A stretch of DNA of 64,000 nt from Lingula anatina (lineage: Eukaryota; Animalia; Brachiopoda). A program made the translations under genes and the position numbers. Of this stretch, positions 39,901 through 52,389 are shown piece by piece. Position 1 is the stretch's first letter; each line of letters begins with the position of its first letter. The notes under the pieces are model-generated. The model was not told the origin of the DNA, did not search any database, and saw only the letters and a list, made by a program, of their open reading frames with translations. Location of the stretch: the NCBI GenBank assembly GCA_051362555.1, contig CM120640.1, forward strand, positions 52,802,788 to 52,866,787, given 5' to 3'.

Positions 39901-42900
39901 AACAATTCTACTTCCTTTAATATAACAAAAGGATTAAATTATGATGAAAATGGCTTTTTGGCTTATCCCAAATATATTACAGCAACAACAGAGTTTAAGC
40001 TTCCTCTCACTATAGCAAACAGAAAGAATTATGGGGTTCCATTATTGAAAACAATTAGTCTTTTTAATTGTCAGTGCATTCAGATAATTTTTCATATCAT
40101 CGCAACATTTCATATTTATTTCACATTAATGCATGACTTACATCTTTTGCCTTACAAGCTAAAGCCTCCTTTATTGCATCTTCTAATTTCCCTATGAAAA
40201 ATACAGGATGTATATCTCCATATCTGAAACACAAAAAGATACATCATATCATCATGTCTTGTACTACATTTCTTAAATGAGTACCATGGTTAAACCAAAA
40301 CCTAGAAATTTGATTAATTTCTGGCATATTTAAATTTAGATAAAATTTTGATCTTGATACATAGGCGGATGAAAAATTGCACTTTAAAAACTCCCCCCCC
40401 CCCCCCTCCAGAAAAACTATGTCCTCTTCATATATAAAAACAATTACTATCTGAAGAATATCTAACAAGAACATAAGGTTACATAAGGTTACATTACCTT
40501 TCTGCAAATACTCTGCTAAAGTGTTCTAATGCTGCAACTTCATCACCTACATCATCTGGCACTGAAAGAAAAAGATATCACAATTAAATACAGGACAATG
40601 TCATATGTGCTGCTGTTTGCATAAAACCTCATCAATTATTAACTGGGTTTGGTTTAGATGGAGAAAGGGTTGTACGGTTTACATCTCTCTCTGTCACTCC
40701 AATGAGAGCGGTGCTTGATGCTTCATAACAAGCAAAAATGATTGAAATTGGATTTTTTTACCAGCATTTTATGAACATGTCTCTTTTGCAACAAACAAAC
40801 GCTTTTAAACACTTTAAGCCATAAAGAGAAAATATTAAAAATCCCAACAGGTGATACCTCGTTTCAATATGGCACTTACTTAAAGGCACCAGTTTCCTAG
40901 ACATTGGTACATCTTCATCATAAATGTCATCATCATCCATTGGTAGGGACTCGTGAGCATCTTCAAAATCATCTTCACTGCTACCGACATCCATTGCTAC
41001 ATCCTGACAAGGCGCAAAATAAATTTAAAGGAATCTATGTCACACCTGCTGAACAGTAGAGGCTGAAACTTATAAAAGGACAACAACCAAAACTTTAAAG
41101 AAGTAAAGTTGTGATAAATGTGGGGAGCCGTTTGAAAGTTTAGAATGATAAAATCAGTCATTTTTATTCCTGAAGAAGTGTATCTAATAGGTGAATTACA
41201 TTCACTTTTTATGAGACCATTTCATCATCTCATGCAGCAGTATGTTCTGTTAAGACTTACCATTGGCAGATGCCGCAATCTTGCAGGTTCTCTCTGGGTT
41301 CTAGACACTTCTAAATTATGACATGGGAAACCTACACCACAACCAGCTAATGTCATCTGTCAAGAAAAATGAAGATTAAATGGTATAATCTTTTTCAGGT
41401 AAACAGGAACCAATGCTTTATACAGAAGGCAGTATAAATATGTCAACTAACAAATGAAGGGTTATCCCAATTTGCATTGGGTAGTTATTCAAAATTTGCA
41501 TACTCTTGAAGCTTAAACTCTGTACATATATTAGTAATAAGTTGATTTACAGATTGATATTTTACTTACAGTTTCATCACTGGCAGAGTCTGGCCATCCT
41601 GTCCACTTCTGAAGTCTTACTGGGACATCTATTACATCACCTACATCATTCTTAACCTGAAATAGCAAATAACAAGTTTTAAAGGTGTCATACAAAACAT
41701 GCTGATGCTTACTTAAGTAAGCTTTTTTCTTTCAAACATTTCACTAATTCAACTATTTATGTTAAAGGTTAAAAACAAAAGATCAATAATAGGCATTACA
41801 CATACCAAAACACAAGTCACCTATTAAATATTTATAAAGTATGTGTAAAAGACTATCACTGGTGAAACTGCCAGCTAAACAGCTAATTTACTAACCTCTT
41901 TCACTGTCCTACTGCCAGGGAAATTAAGCTTATAAGTGGTATCCTTGTCTCTGAATCTTATGTTTAATGTGAAATTTTGTGATAACCTTTCCAAAATATT
42001 TGAGCTGAAAAATAAATAATTAAAGGTGCTTTTGAATGGCATTAAACAAAATTAAACTGACTTTTACTTCTAAGCAACATGACAGTATATATTTAAATGT
42101 ATGTAGGGAAAAGTTTTTATTTCTTTTAAGGTGTCCTGAACATGAGAGTTAAATGGTTCACATAGAACAAGATGCACCAAACTGGTGTTGTCATTTTCCT
42201 GTGCTATGCACTTTGCAAAGACAGCAATGATCACTTACCTCTCAGCTGACTGAGAGTTGTTTGTGTCTCCCATATGAGAATACAATCCTGGTGTCAACAA
42301 GTACAGGGTGGTCTCTTGTGGCAGGTTAAGGAGCCTCAGCATGGTCTAACAAAAGGTAAATAACTTGGTTCTTACGTTTTATTATTAAGCATTGGCAGGC
42401 AGTTTCAAGTACAAAGCTACAATAACAGGATAACTATTAACATAAGCTGATTACACCCTGAAAAAGCCCAAACTGTCATGAAATGTCGAACATAGACAAA
42501 TTTCAAAAACTCACATAATCTTCAGCATGTTTGTTAGGAAATCCTCTAAGAACCATCTTCTCTATGGGGATATTCCCTATCTGACCATGAAGTACCTGTT
42601 TGATTGTCTCTGAAACACAAAAAAGTGAATGAACATCAGACTTCCTTCACTAAAACAAAACCCCATTTCAGTAATGTCTAAGAAAGGACACATAGCTTAT
42701 CATGTGACAACTGTATGTGTGAATGAAACATATTTCATCTATACCGTAATACATGACTGTCCTTTACAGACAGCAAGTAAAAACAAACAAGTAGTCAGTT
42801 TGGCCAAAAGAAACAGTGCATGACTTATTTCCCCTTCAACATAATCTCTATAACAACCAAACGAACACACTTACCAACTTTTTCTGTATCCGGAAGCACC

Positions 42901-44369
42901 ACTGGAATATTCCTATCCCTGTATTCCACATTAAAAGTTAACATTCTGGTTGGCGGCGTGCTGTCACGATCAGAGGTCATAGCATGGGGATTAAATACAC
43001 AAGAGCCTGGCTCCTCTTGTGGTTGGGGCTGGAACACTTGATAATCAGGTGGAGGGCTGTCTACAGGTGATCCTAGACCCTGACCCTGGACTTCTAATGG
43101 TGGATAGCTAGCCTCTGATGGCAGTTCCTGGGATCCAAGGTGGGCCATGACACTGTTGATGGCACCCTAATTATATGGAAAAATATTTTTAAAATACCAT
43201 TAGCTGTGCTGAAAAGTTGGGAATAACTGGGAATATCTACAATGATATTCTAAAAGTCAGATTAAATGAGATTTTAATGCAACATGCTTCGAACTCCTTC
43301 AAATTTAAACCAACTTCACAGCCAAGGTCGAGAAAACCTATGCTGGAATACAGTGTCTGATCATCACTTCCCATCAAATTGTCAAAAGAAAGTGCACATG
43401 GACAACGAAGGCAGGTGCAAGTGATGTCCACATACAGTAACATGTCATACAAAAAAGCTAAGGAATATTGTACAGAATTAGTTGAACATAAACAGAATAA
43501 TGTCCAGTTCATAAACCATCATTAAATTTCTTCTAAAAAGCAGGCATTTCAAGTATGCAGTTACCCACTCAACTTAAATATCCAAATCCTTCAACTCACC
43601 AGCAGATTCCATTCATTTTGTTCCAGTACTGCAATGCACTCACCTATGTCTTCAATGTTTGTACATGCCTTAAAAATAAAAAGATCAAAACTGTATTCTC
43701 TGGGTGTGTTATATAAAAACATAACAGGATAACTTAATGTGTCCTTCTTAATATTGGTTTTATGTATTCACTAATCAATGTATAATAACTGAATTCTCAA
43801 AGTTCTTCATTAGTTATTTAATTTGACTGAATAACTGAGCACTCAATTTTATAGACACTAAGACAGCTAGGAAACAAGCAGTGAAATATCTATCATAGAA
43901 ATTTGTGTATTTCACATTTAGAAAATGAAACAATGCTTCTTTTTAAATCAAATAGATCTCATTTTGTCAGAAGCACACTTTTCAGTGACAGAGAGAAAGT
44001 GTTCTTTTGTCTTTACTGAAATTAAATATTCATTTCAGAATGATCAGATAAAGTACCAGAATGTGGAGTAGAAGGGATGAGAACTTCACACACGGTTTAC
44101 TATTTACGTCCAAACTTTATGCACAGACATTTTATAGAGTCTTTTACTCTCGAATGACTATGTGAGAGACTGAGTCATTCAAAATGTTCCATTTCGTAAA
44201 GTCATTATTATCATCTTATATGCTAGAGAGTCCCATATATCCAAAGATCATTTTTCGGTAGATGAATAAAAACCGACGACAGCATGATTCAATGGATAAT
44301 CGTAGAGTTCCATCAGTTTCTTACCTGAAAATCAGCTAAAATACGATTTCTGTCTGAGTCTTCTGCCAT
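36927..44369 (-). CDS. FAF1: FAS-associated factor 1 (UBA, UBL, UBL, UAS, coiled coil, UBX), about 18 exons. Main exons: 44325-44369, 43600-43668, 42875-43166, 42515-42609, 42239-42345, further exons at 41.9-37.9 kb, ~37359-37575, last exon 36927-37016
   Basis: UBA start MAEDSDRNRILADFQ|ACTNIEDIGECIAVLEQNEWNLL; UBL RMLTFNVEYRDRNIPVVLPDTEKV; UAS YGDIHPVFFIGKLEDA and KLLAIYLHHDSSILANVFCSQILC...FITWAWDLT; UBX KVLTTYPRRD|ISTQDPEKSLEELKLFPQETLMLEEK. Internal exon edges are approximate. Confidence 0.97.
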
Positions 44370-45025
44370 TGTTGTGTACTTTCCCTGCGCATGCTCGAAA
44401 CGTTCACTGGCAAGTCGTAATTGTTTATCCTGCAGATAGAAATGCCCGTCTCATTCATAAACGGATAATTTGAGAGTATTGGTGCCTATCTATCTTGGAT
44501 ACTGTGGTTTTATTTAATAATCTGTCCTTAACTTTAAAGATTTTTCACGACATCTACCTGATGCATTTGTTTACACCTTGGAGTGACGTCACTATTCACC
44601 TGCCTGAACAGCCCAAACGTTTGTTTACATTGGACCATGCACAATTACTCACCACAACAAGGCACAATCAATATTTCCCCCTATTATTCGTGAAAGCTTA
44701 CGATCTAATGAGGTTTTTCATAAGTCACTAAATAAACTGTTTGGGTTGCTATTGTTTTTAACAAGACATCTATTTTGCATAATCCACCGTTTTTGAATGT
44801 TGCGCGTCGGTTTCGTACAGAACTTGAACCTCTGCCAAGATCCACTATTATCATCAGTGTTTCACCTCAGAGACTGGCCAATAACGGTTGAGCAGCCCAA
44901 ACAAGTCTAGGCGAACTTAGATCAACTTAGTCATGGGACGTTGAAAATATTTTAAGCCAAGTGCGTCTAGATGCATCTGTATTATATTATGTTCACGATG
45001 GTCGACGGAGTTTTAGACCATAAAG
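44370..45025. promoter_or_regulatory. Putative bidirectional promoter for FAF1 and INK4-SOCS, including an upstream exon of the INK4-SOCS gene ending at 45025
   Basis: CpG-rich. NRF1-like TGCGCATGCT ~44386, palindromic CRE AGTGACGTCACT 44582-44593, forkhead sites TTGTTTAC at 44567 and 44621. A strong AAG|GTGAGT donor at 45025/26 pairs with the acceptor tgttctag| at 45638. Confidence 0.55.
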
Positions 45026-45640
45026 GTGAGTACAATTTATCCTTTTTAAACAGTTCGTCACCTTGATACAATACTAATTGACTGATCCGAATAGACATTG
45101 GATTTCCTCACTCTCGGCAATCAGTCCTAGGGTTTTTTTTAAAAAAAGAAGTAGGCCTTAGGCCTATTTAGAATCCCGTTAAAACACATAGGGTAAAATT
45201 TACTCAGGTTCACCTGTGCAGATTAATATTGGGATTCAGCCAGACCGGTAGAGGAGACAGCTGTTTTCCAGACGCCGGTCTAGTCTTAGCTGATACGCGT
45301 ACGTGGTTTAAATCACCTACCTTTAGATACCTTTGGGGAAAGCAGGGCTCCTTAATACTAGCATCTGTTTTGGAAATTGACCCCCATCCTGCAACGCACC
45401 ATTCAAAGGGAAAGCGTAGAAAAGACCAATTATAAACTTTGACGATGTGGTTTTTTAGTTCCTGGACAAAGCTAAATCAGTTATATCTGTATAAGATCTG
45501 ACTATGAACGATCCTTACGTCTAGGACTTCTTGATGGGTTTATAAAGTACCATGTGTGATTGAATGCACGCCTATCTGTATATAACGTTTATTTATAGTT
45601 TTTTGTTGTCGACTGCTAAAAACATGCCTTTGTTCTAGAA

Positions 45641-48600
45641 ATGACCGAAGAACATGATGCGTCGTTAGAAGAGTTTTTCAATGCCGCCGTCAACGGAAAC
45701 GCTCACAGATTACAGCAACTATTGGATGAGCACCGCATAAATATCAATGCCACGAACGATTGGGGGCGAACAGCAATACAGGTACTATCCTTTTTGTTTA
45801 TTTTTCAAGGTTTTATTTTAACATTTTAATTAAAATTTCAATATACTATTTATTATGCACCAGGAAAATAGCTACCGTCTGCTGAAAGTCCATACAAAAA
45901 AAGTTGGCACTATTTTTCTGGTCTTGCTCCCGTTACGTCTCCAGTATGAAATAAAGACATGTACGAAAAAGCCTGAATGTAGATAATCAAATTATGAGGC
46001 GAAATGACGTGCATGAATTAAAACTCAGTATTCGAAAGGAGGGGTAGCAGGGGTTGGTGTGTCGATTAGGGCAGGAGATGAGGCTCAGAATAAGTTTTTG
46101 TTTGAAGAAAGAGGACAGATGTGTCTTTATATAATAAAGATGTGTCTTTATATAAAATGTCCCCCTTCTTTGTCCACGTGGCTCTTACTATGTATGTCTG
46201 TGTAAGACGGATAATATTGTTTAATCGATGTGTGGGTATCTTAGAATTTTAAAATTTCAATGCATTTTTCAAACAAATATGAAGTGTTTATTGTGAAATG
46301 TTACTAATAATACGGCGCTTGTTTCGTTTTGTATCCTGTGAAAAATACAATTAACCCCTTTCTTCCATTCACAAACATCAAATTTTCATAGGCAAATAAT
46401 AAGTCATATATCATGTCACTTAAAGATGATAGACAATATTTGCTAAATGAGCTCAGAAGTACAATGTTCATATGTTAATTCATTCATTGATAAATAACCT
46501 AGCTTGAAGTGCAGATTAGATATTACGGTTTTTCAGTCAAGAATAGATGCGAGTCACCACACTATGTACAATTTAGTGCTATCACTTAGAACGATAAAAG
46601 AAAACGCCCACTTGTTATCTTTTCTTAACGCCGACAAAACATATAAAGTAAATACTTGATTATGCAGAATAAGCCGTTGAATATTTTGACATATTTGCAA
46701 AGCGCACTGGCTGACCTGTTACTGATAAACGAAATGCTACGCTTTACGCTTCATTTTTATTGTTTGCATAGCACAGGCATAGTACAGGTTTATGAATCAG
46801 TGAGGCGTGCTATCAAGTTTCTTTTTTTCCAAGGGTCTTTTCTATCAAGTGACGATTATCATTTCCTCTTTAAACATCCTTCTTGCACGGTATAAACAAA
46901 TACCCTTCATTAGTTATACAAATTATACTGTATCTTATTTTTCTAGCTTCTAAGTAGCTTCTTCATAGTGGAAGGATTAATTCAATTCAATTCAATTCAA
47001 TTCAATTTATTTCTGTACTGGGACATAGATTGTCATGACCTTGTACAATATGATATACAAATGACGATACAATACAGTTAGTGCATTACCATCTTTATAT
47101 AATGAAGATAAGTACTAGTAAAATTACTCATAAAATATTCTATCTAGGCAATGAGATAAACCTTGATGTGATTATAAATTTACCATAAACATACTATAAA
47201 CATGTTACACAAAAAGAATGTTTTTTAAAAAACTTAAAACCACCGTTACATAGCTGTTTACATGGCTGTTCAAAGCCAGTTTGATGACATTGATAATTAC
47301 GATTAATGACAATTACATAAGACAGATAAGTAAATAAGTTACACAGATATAAATATTGTGCCATGTTAATATATAGTCAAATATGGCCGGCTATTAAAAT
47401 ATAGTTACACACATTTAAATGACTAATATAGATCCTTTCCTTCACTACATAAGCAAACATCCTACATTAAAGATCTTGTGTCTTACTTTTACCAGCTTCT
47501 TTAATTAGTTCGATATGTAAGACTAACATAAAACATTTATTTTTTATTCGTTACACAAAATTAAGCTACTACCGTATACATGTTCATAACCTATGCATTT
47601 ACTGCAGTGGGCCTTTGTGGAAAAAGAAAGTAATTTTTTGTCCATGGAACTATCAGTGGTCTAACTAGAATGGACAGCGATTATGTGTCAACCATGAGAA
47701 ATTTAGTGAACTATATTTAAGTTGGTCTTGTGACATGGGTTTATTTTCCTGTCTCACACTAACTCCACTGAAATGGACCAAAAAATACAATTGCTTTCAT
47801 GTGATATATTTTCACACTGAACAATGAAAAGCGTATCAGTTTTTATAGGAAGTTCAGCTAACAAAGAAAAAAGCAACTTCATTTCCAACCGTAATCAAAA
47901 TAGTTGCATTATTGGGATAACATCGCAGCAAATTATGGTGACAGAATAAATATTCAACTGGATGTAAGGTTTGTGACAGTGTGACAATGGGGTGCGAAAT
48001 CGGGCTTGATATAATGTATATTTACAATGGCATAGGCACGGTGGGTACATTACTCAGTACAATAAGCTCCCATGAAACCGTTACTCCTTTGTTGGCTAAT
48101 ACATATCCCGCTCTACATGGATAAAATACATACTCATGATAAATTCAACTTTGATAAATTTGTTACTTTTGATATTTTTTCTTTTCATAATCAAAGTTGA
48201 TGTAGCAAATCCATTTATGCAATAGTAAAGTTACATGTAGGATGATCATGTATTTTTCATAAAACTTCCTTTTCAAGTTCTTTAAAATCAGTGGTGAACT
48301 TTTCAGGTATTCAAGTGTAGTAGACCAGACATTGCGGAGATCCTCCTAAAGCACGGGGCAGATCCCAACATCCAAGACAAACATTTTCAAGACCTGCATT
48401 TAAGTTCATATCGAACTCCAGCCCACGATATTGCGGAGCAAGGGTTTTTAGACACAATGAAAGTTCTTTTAAAACATGGAGCAGACGTCACTTTACGGAG
48501 CAAAATGGGTTATTCTCCCGCTCACATTGCGGCAGAAAAAGGACGGTTAGATACTCTAGAATATCTATCAGGAGCGATAGACTTAATGAACTGTCGAGCA

Positions 48601-49688
48601 GACGACGGGTCTACACCCTTTGATTTAATTCCAAAATCTATTACATTGACAGACAGACAGAGGACGTGGGTAGAAGCTGAGAAAAATGGTAAGTGCAGCC
48701 GGCAACATATTTTCTGTGCTTGAATAGACTGCCTGCACTCTTCGTGTTTTGGTCTTTTATACTTTTCCCTGAAGGCCAATATTAACTATGAAATACGCTA
48801 TCTCCGTAAGTACGGCATCGTTACTCATTTCGAAATTTTTAGTAGGCCTACAACAAATTAATTTAATGATTTAAGCAATGCGTAGGCCTTTTTGGGTCGT
48901 ATAAATCAAAACAAGTACGTTTTATTTTGGCATGCTTGTAACAAAAGCGCCATGTTTAGCCTGGGGAAGGATGGGGTCGTATGCCCTACCTAATCCCTAC
49001 CCTCTACCAGGGCGAGTGATAGATTTTTTACAGATATTCACAGATATGTCTCTAGATAGACAGATGGTCATTTAGGGCTCTATCTAACTGAGTTGAGCCC
49101 TAAATGACCATCTATCTAGCTGGAGACATATCTGTGAATATCTGTAAAAAATCTATCACTCGCCCTGGTAGAGGGTACCTAATCCCACTGTCTTTCGCAT
49201 ATTTCGTTGCATTCACAGCTCTTTACTTGTTGTTGGGAAAATATCCAATCCCACAGTTTTATTTGTTGTGAAACGAGGGTTCGGCTGTGGTGCGGTTTAG
49301 GCCAGTGTTCTATTGAATTCAGTCCTAAACCTGGAATGTTTGCATTTCCAAGAAAATTATTTTATGCGGTGTAGTATGATATCTACATTGTGCAGTTGTC
49401 TAGCTATTGTATTTTGCGTCAATACGAATAAAATGGATGACAGGGATTTTAAAGAGTATTCACAGACGAAAATTTTCATAATCATCACAAAGAATGAAAT
49501 GTACAATAAAAATTATCTGGCTCGCTCTGTTCAAGTTTTTATCTGTTCTTATTTCAGCGAAGCCAAAGAGTCTCAAATATTTAACAAGACTTCGTATTAG
49601 ACATTGTATGAGACATAACCTCAAACGTCTGCAAACGTTCCCTACTCTGCCACTATCAATCAAGAAATATCTGTTGCTACAAGACTGA
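45641..49688 (+). CDS. CDKN2-like: INK4/CDKN2-family CDK4/6-inhibitor-like ankyrin protein (p18-like, ~5 repeats) with a C-terminal SOCS box, 217 aa. Exons 45641-45781, 48307-48688, 49558-49688
   Basis: NAAVNGN...NINATNDWGRTAIQ|VFKCSRPDIAEILLKHGADPNIQD...TPAHDIAEQGFLDTMKVLLKHGADV...GYSPAHIAAEKGRLDTLEYL, with the INK4-typical RTAxQ|V intron position. A phase-1 G|GTAAGT donor at 48688 joins atttcag|CG at 49558 to give AKPKSLKYLTRLRIRHCMRHNLKRLQTFPTLPLSIKKYLLLQD*. Confidence 0.88.
46979..47011 (-). repeat. (TTCAA)n microsatellite adjoining TTTATT, a typical LINE tail configuration on the minus strand
   Basis: aattcaattcaattcaattcaattcaatttatt reads AATAAA(TTGAA)n on the minus strand. Confidence 0.6.
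48998..49177. mobile_element. 180-bp near-perfect hairpin MITE with a 9-bp TSD (Mutator-like by TSD length)
   Basis: 83-bp arms (TACCCTCTACCAGGGCGAGTGATAG... / ...CTATCACTCGCCCTGGTAGAGGGTA) around a 14-nt loop; CCTAATCCC at 48989-48997 and 49178-49186. Confidence 0.9.
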
Positions 49689-49956
49689 CGGCAGTATTAG
49701 AAAGTGATGAAGGTGAGGTTTTGAACGCGATTCCGTAAAGAAATACACGTCCCTGCGTTTCAAGGATCCTTTTTCTCCATCACAGTAGCTCTGCATGCCT
49801 GATGTTTCTATTACTAAAATTTTATCAGATGGTTGTGTTACTATGTACATTTCCTCCCTTTGATGCTGTCTACCATGTGCGAAATTGTCTAATTTTGAAC
49901 CTCAAAAGCGAAAAAAGAATAAAAGTAAATATATATTGAACTGGTGATATAAAAAT

Positions 49957-50000
<44 letters not shown>

Positions 50001-50264
50001 TGAGAAACCCGTATGATTGGGTTAACCTGTGTACAATCACGAGGATTGCTTTGTCCGCATAATGTTAGTCATTATACGTGGGAATTAAAACTTTGTACAG
50101 CTGTTTTGTACATTTCAATCAATCGATCTTTAAAATATCACACTCCTTATTTATCTATCTAACTGTGATATGTTTTATGGTTTAGCCAGTTTCTTCTTTA
50201 TTTTCTAGATATCTTTCCTGTTCCGTGCCGTTTACGCAGGTTGAAAAGAAAGACGAGGTGCCGA

Positions 50265-50429
50265 GAAGACCCAGTTGCTTGGGGTCAAATTTACACCATT
50301 AGCAGATGCTATCTAATATTACGTGTATATTTGACCCAGTGTTGATACGTGTGAAGACCCAGTTGCTTGAGGTCAAATTTACACCATCTGCTGATGCTCT
50401 CTAATATTACGTGTATATTTGACCCAGTG
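50265..50429. repeat. 88-bp tandem duplication (about two units), each unit with an internal inverted repeat
   Basis: GAAGACCCAGTTGCTTG.GGTCAAATTTACACCAT...TATATTTGACCCAGTG starts at 50265 and again at 50353; GGTCAAAT pairs with ATTTGACC within each unit. Confidence 0.9.
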
Positions 50430-52389
50430 ACGGAGTTGTAAAGGGAAAAAACGTGATATACCTAATTATTCTCAAATGATCTCATAGCAAGAGTTCAGTT
50501 GAAACGATATTCTAGTCCCTGTTGTGGATTTCCATGTGAAAGTGATCTCGTCAACCGTTTACAGTCCGAAGCTTTGATTAGTGCATTTAAAAAATAACGA
50601 CAAGCTGTACTCATACGCACTCTAAAATTTGGGACAACAGAAATCTTCACAGTTCTTGAAAGGAAAATTAGTTTAGCTTTTATTAATTTATTTATTTTGC
50701 GTGAGAAGACGCATCATGTATTTATTTACTAAGGAGGTCATTCACACCTATTGTTAAATTTAAAATATAGCTCTTATCGAGATTTTTAGTTTCGTTGTAA
50801 ACATTTTAATGAAGGGGGGTTTATAGACAGTATATTATGTGGCTTTATTTTTGTGTAATTAATGTATTTCTTCGTAAGGCTTTTGTTCTTTTGGATTATT
50901 TCGATATTCTATAGAAGAGTTTTATCTGTCAAAGCTTCTGTTTTTAATTGTTGAAACTTCACAATATTGTGTAACCTGTAGGCCTACAATCTATCTTAGA
51001 ATTAAAACATTAAAATAATCAATATTGATAAATCTTTAAAAATGCATTTTTTAGCCTTACAAAAACTTTTTTGTGCATGTGCTTATTATCCTTAAGTTTG
51101 CATTTTCCTGCCTGATAACACTATGTATATTGATCTAAAAGAGTTGACTCGTAAAACCTATTCACTTACAGATAGTGAGTCTCTTAGGAATTATTGTATC
51201 ATGCAACTACAACAAGGACAGTAAACATCATGTCCAAGTGAAGGGAGAATTAAAAGTGCTCTTCCCTGTCTTTGAATAGTCCGCATACATAAACAGACGA
51301 ATGTTTCAGAAAAATACAATGGTGTGCTAATTTTTATGCATTCGCCTTTCATTAAACGCACCAGGCTTTGACAAGGCGTGCGAACCAACTACTTTTATCT
51401 TTTTGCAAAATATTTTTGTGCCACGTATGCTTATTAGCTTACAATGAACTAAATATTCATTTGCATACAAATAAAAGCTGTGATATGAAAATGATTGATA
51501 CTAAATATATATATTTATGGATATATATATATATATGGATTATGAAATAATAATATTTCGACTCGCACTTCTATAGAATATCATCTATTCTAAGCAGATT
51601 ATTAGAATAACCAAGTACAAGTCGACACGTTATATTACATTTTCTTTTACATTTCACCAATATGAGCAATGAAATATTGAAAATATCATTGGCAAAGACT
51701 GCACATCCAAGCGTGATTCAGAAAGAAAATGTGAAAAGTTTGTCCATATTCAATGTGAAACACACAAAATTGAAAGGTAGCTGTAACACCTGTCGCCAAA
51801 ATCACCCGATGCTCTTCTCATTAGTCATGCAAGGACCGGAAATGGTCTATATAGAGGTTTATCTTTGATTCACTGGGTAACACAGCTTGTGGAATGCAAA
51901 TATATGAAAGGCATTTTTTTATGTGAATCTTTTACGTTTGATGACTGCTAGTTATGTTAAAAGGCCCTACAGTACCAGTATGCCTACCGGTACTTTGTCC
52001 CAAGTGTGGGGTTAGTAAACATGGGTATTTCCAATTTCATCAAGGACTACATTATTTAGCTTTTTATTGGGCCCAAAGCCATGTTTTTCTTCCACTAGGT
52101 CTATCTCCAACAAGGTGTTCAGCACAACCCCTCATAACTCCTTCCTTAAATATCCAGACTCGCCAACAAAAAACTGAATCAATGTTGAACATCTACATAC
52201 CGGTACGTGTGCTATTGTGCCAATAATCTATGGAGAAAATGTCCTAAAACTGTCTCACTGGATTGAGTTTAGATGTACCTATAGAGCTACATAACATTAA
52301 AGAGTGAAGAATTTTCTCACAATTCAGTTTACTTTAAATAATGAACTGACATCCTTGTCTGTCGCTAGTTACTAGCACAGAGAGGAAAG

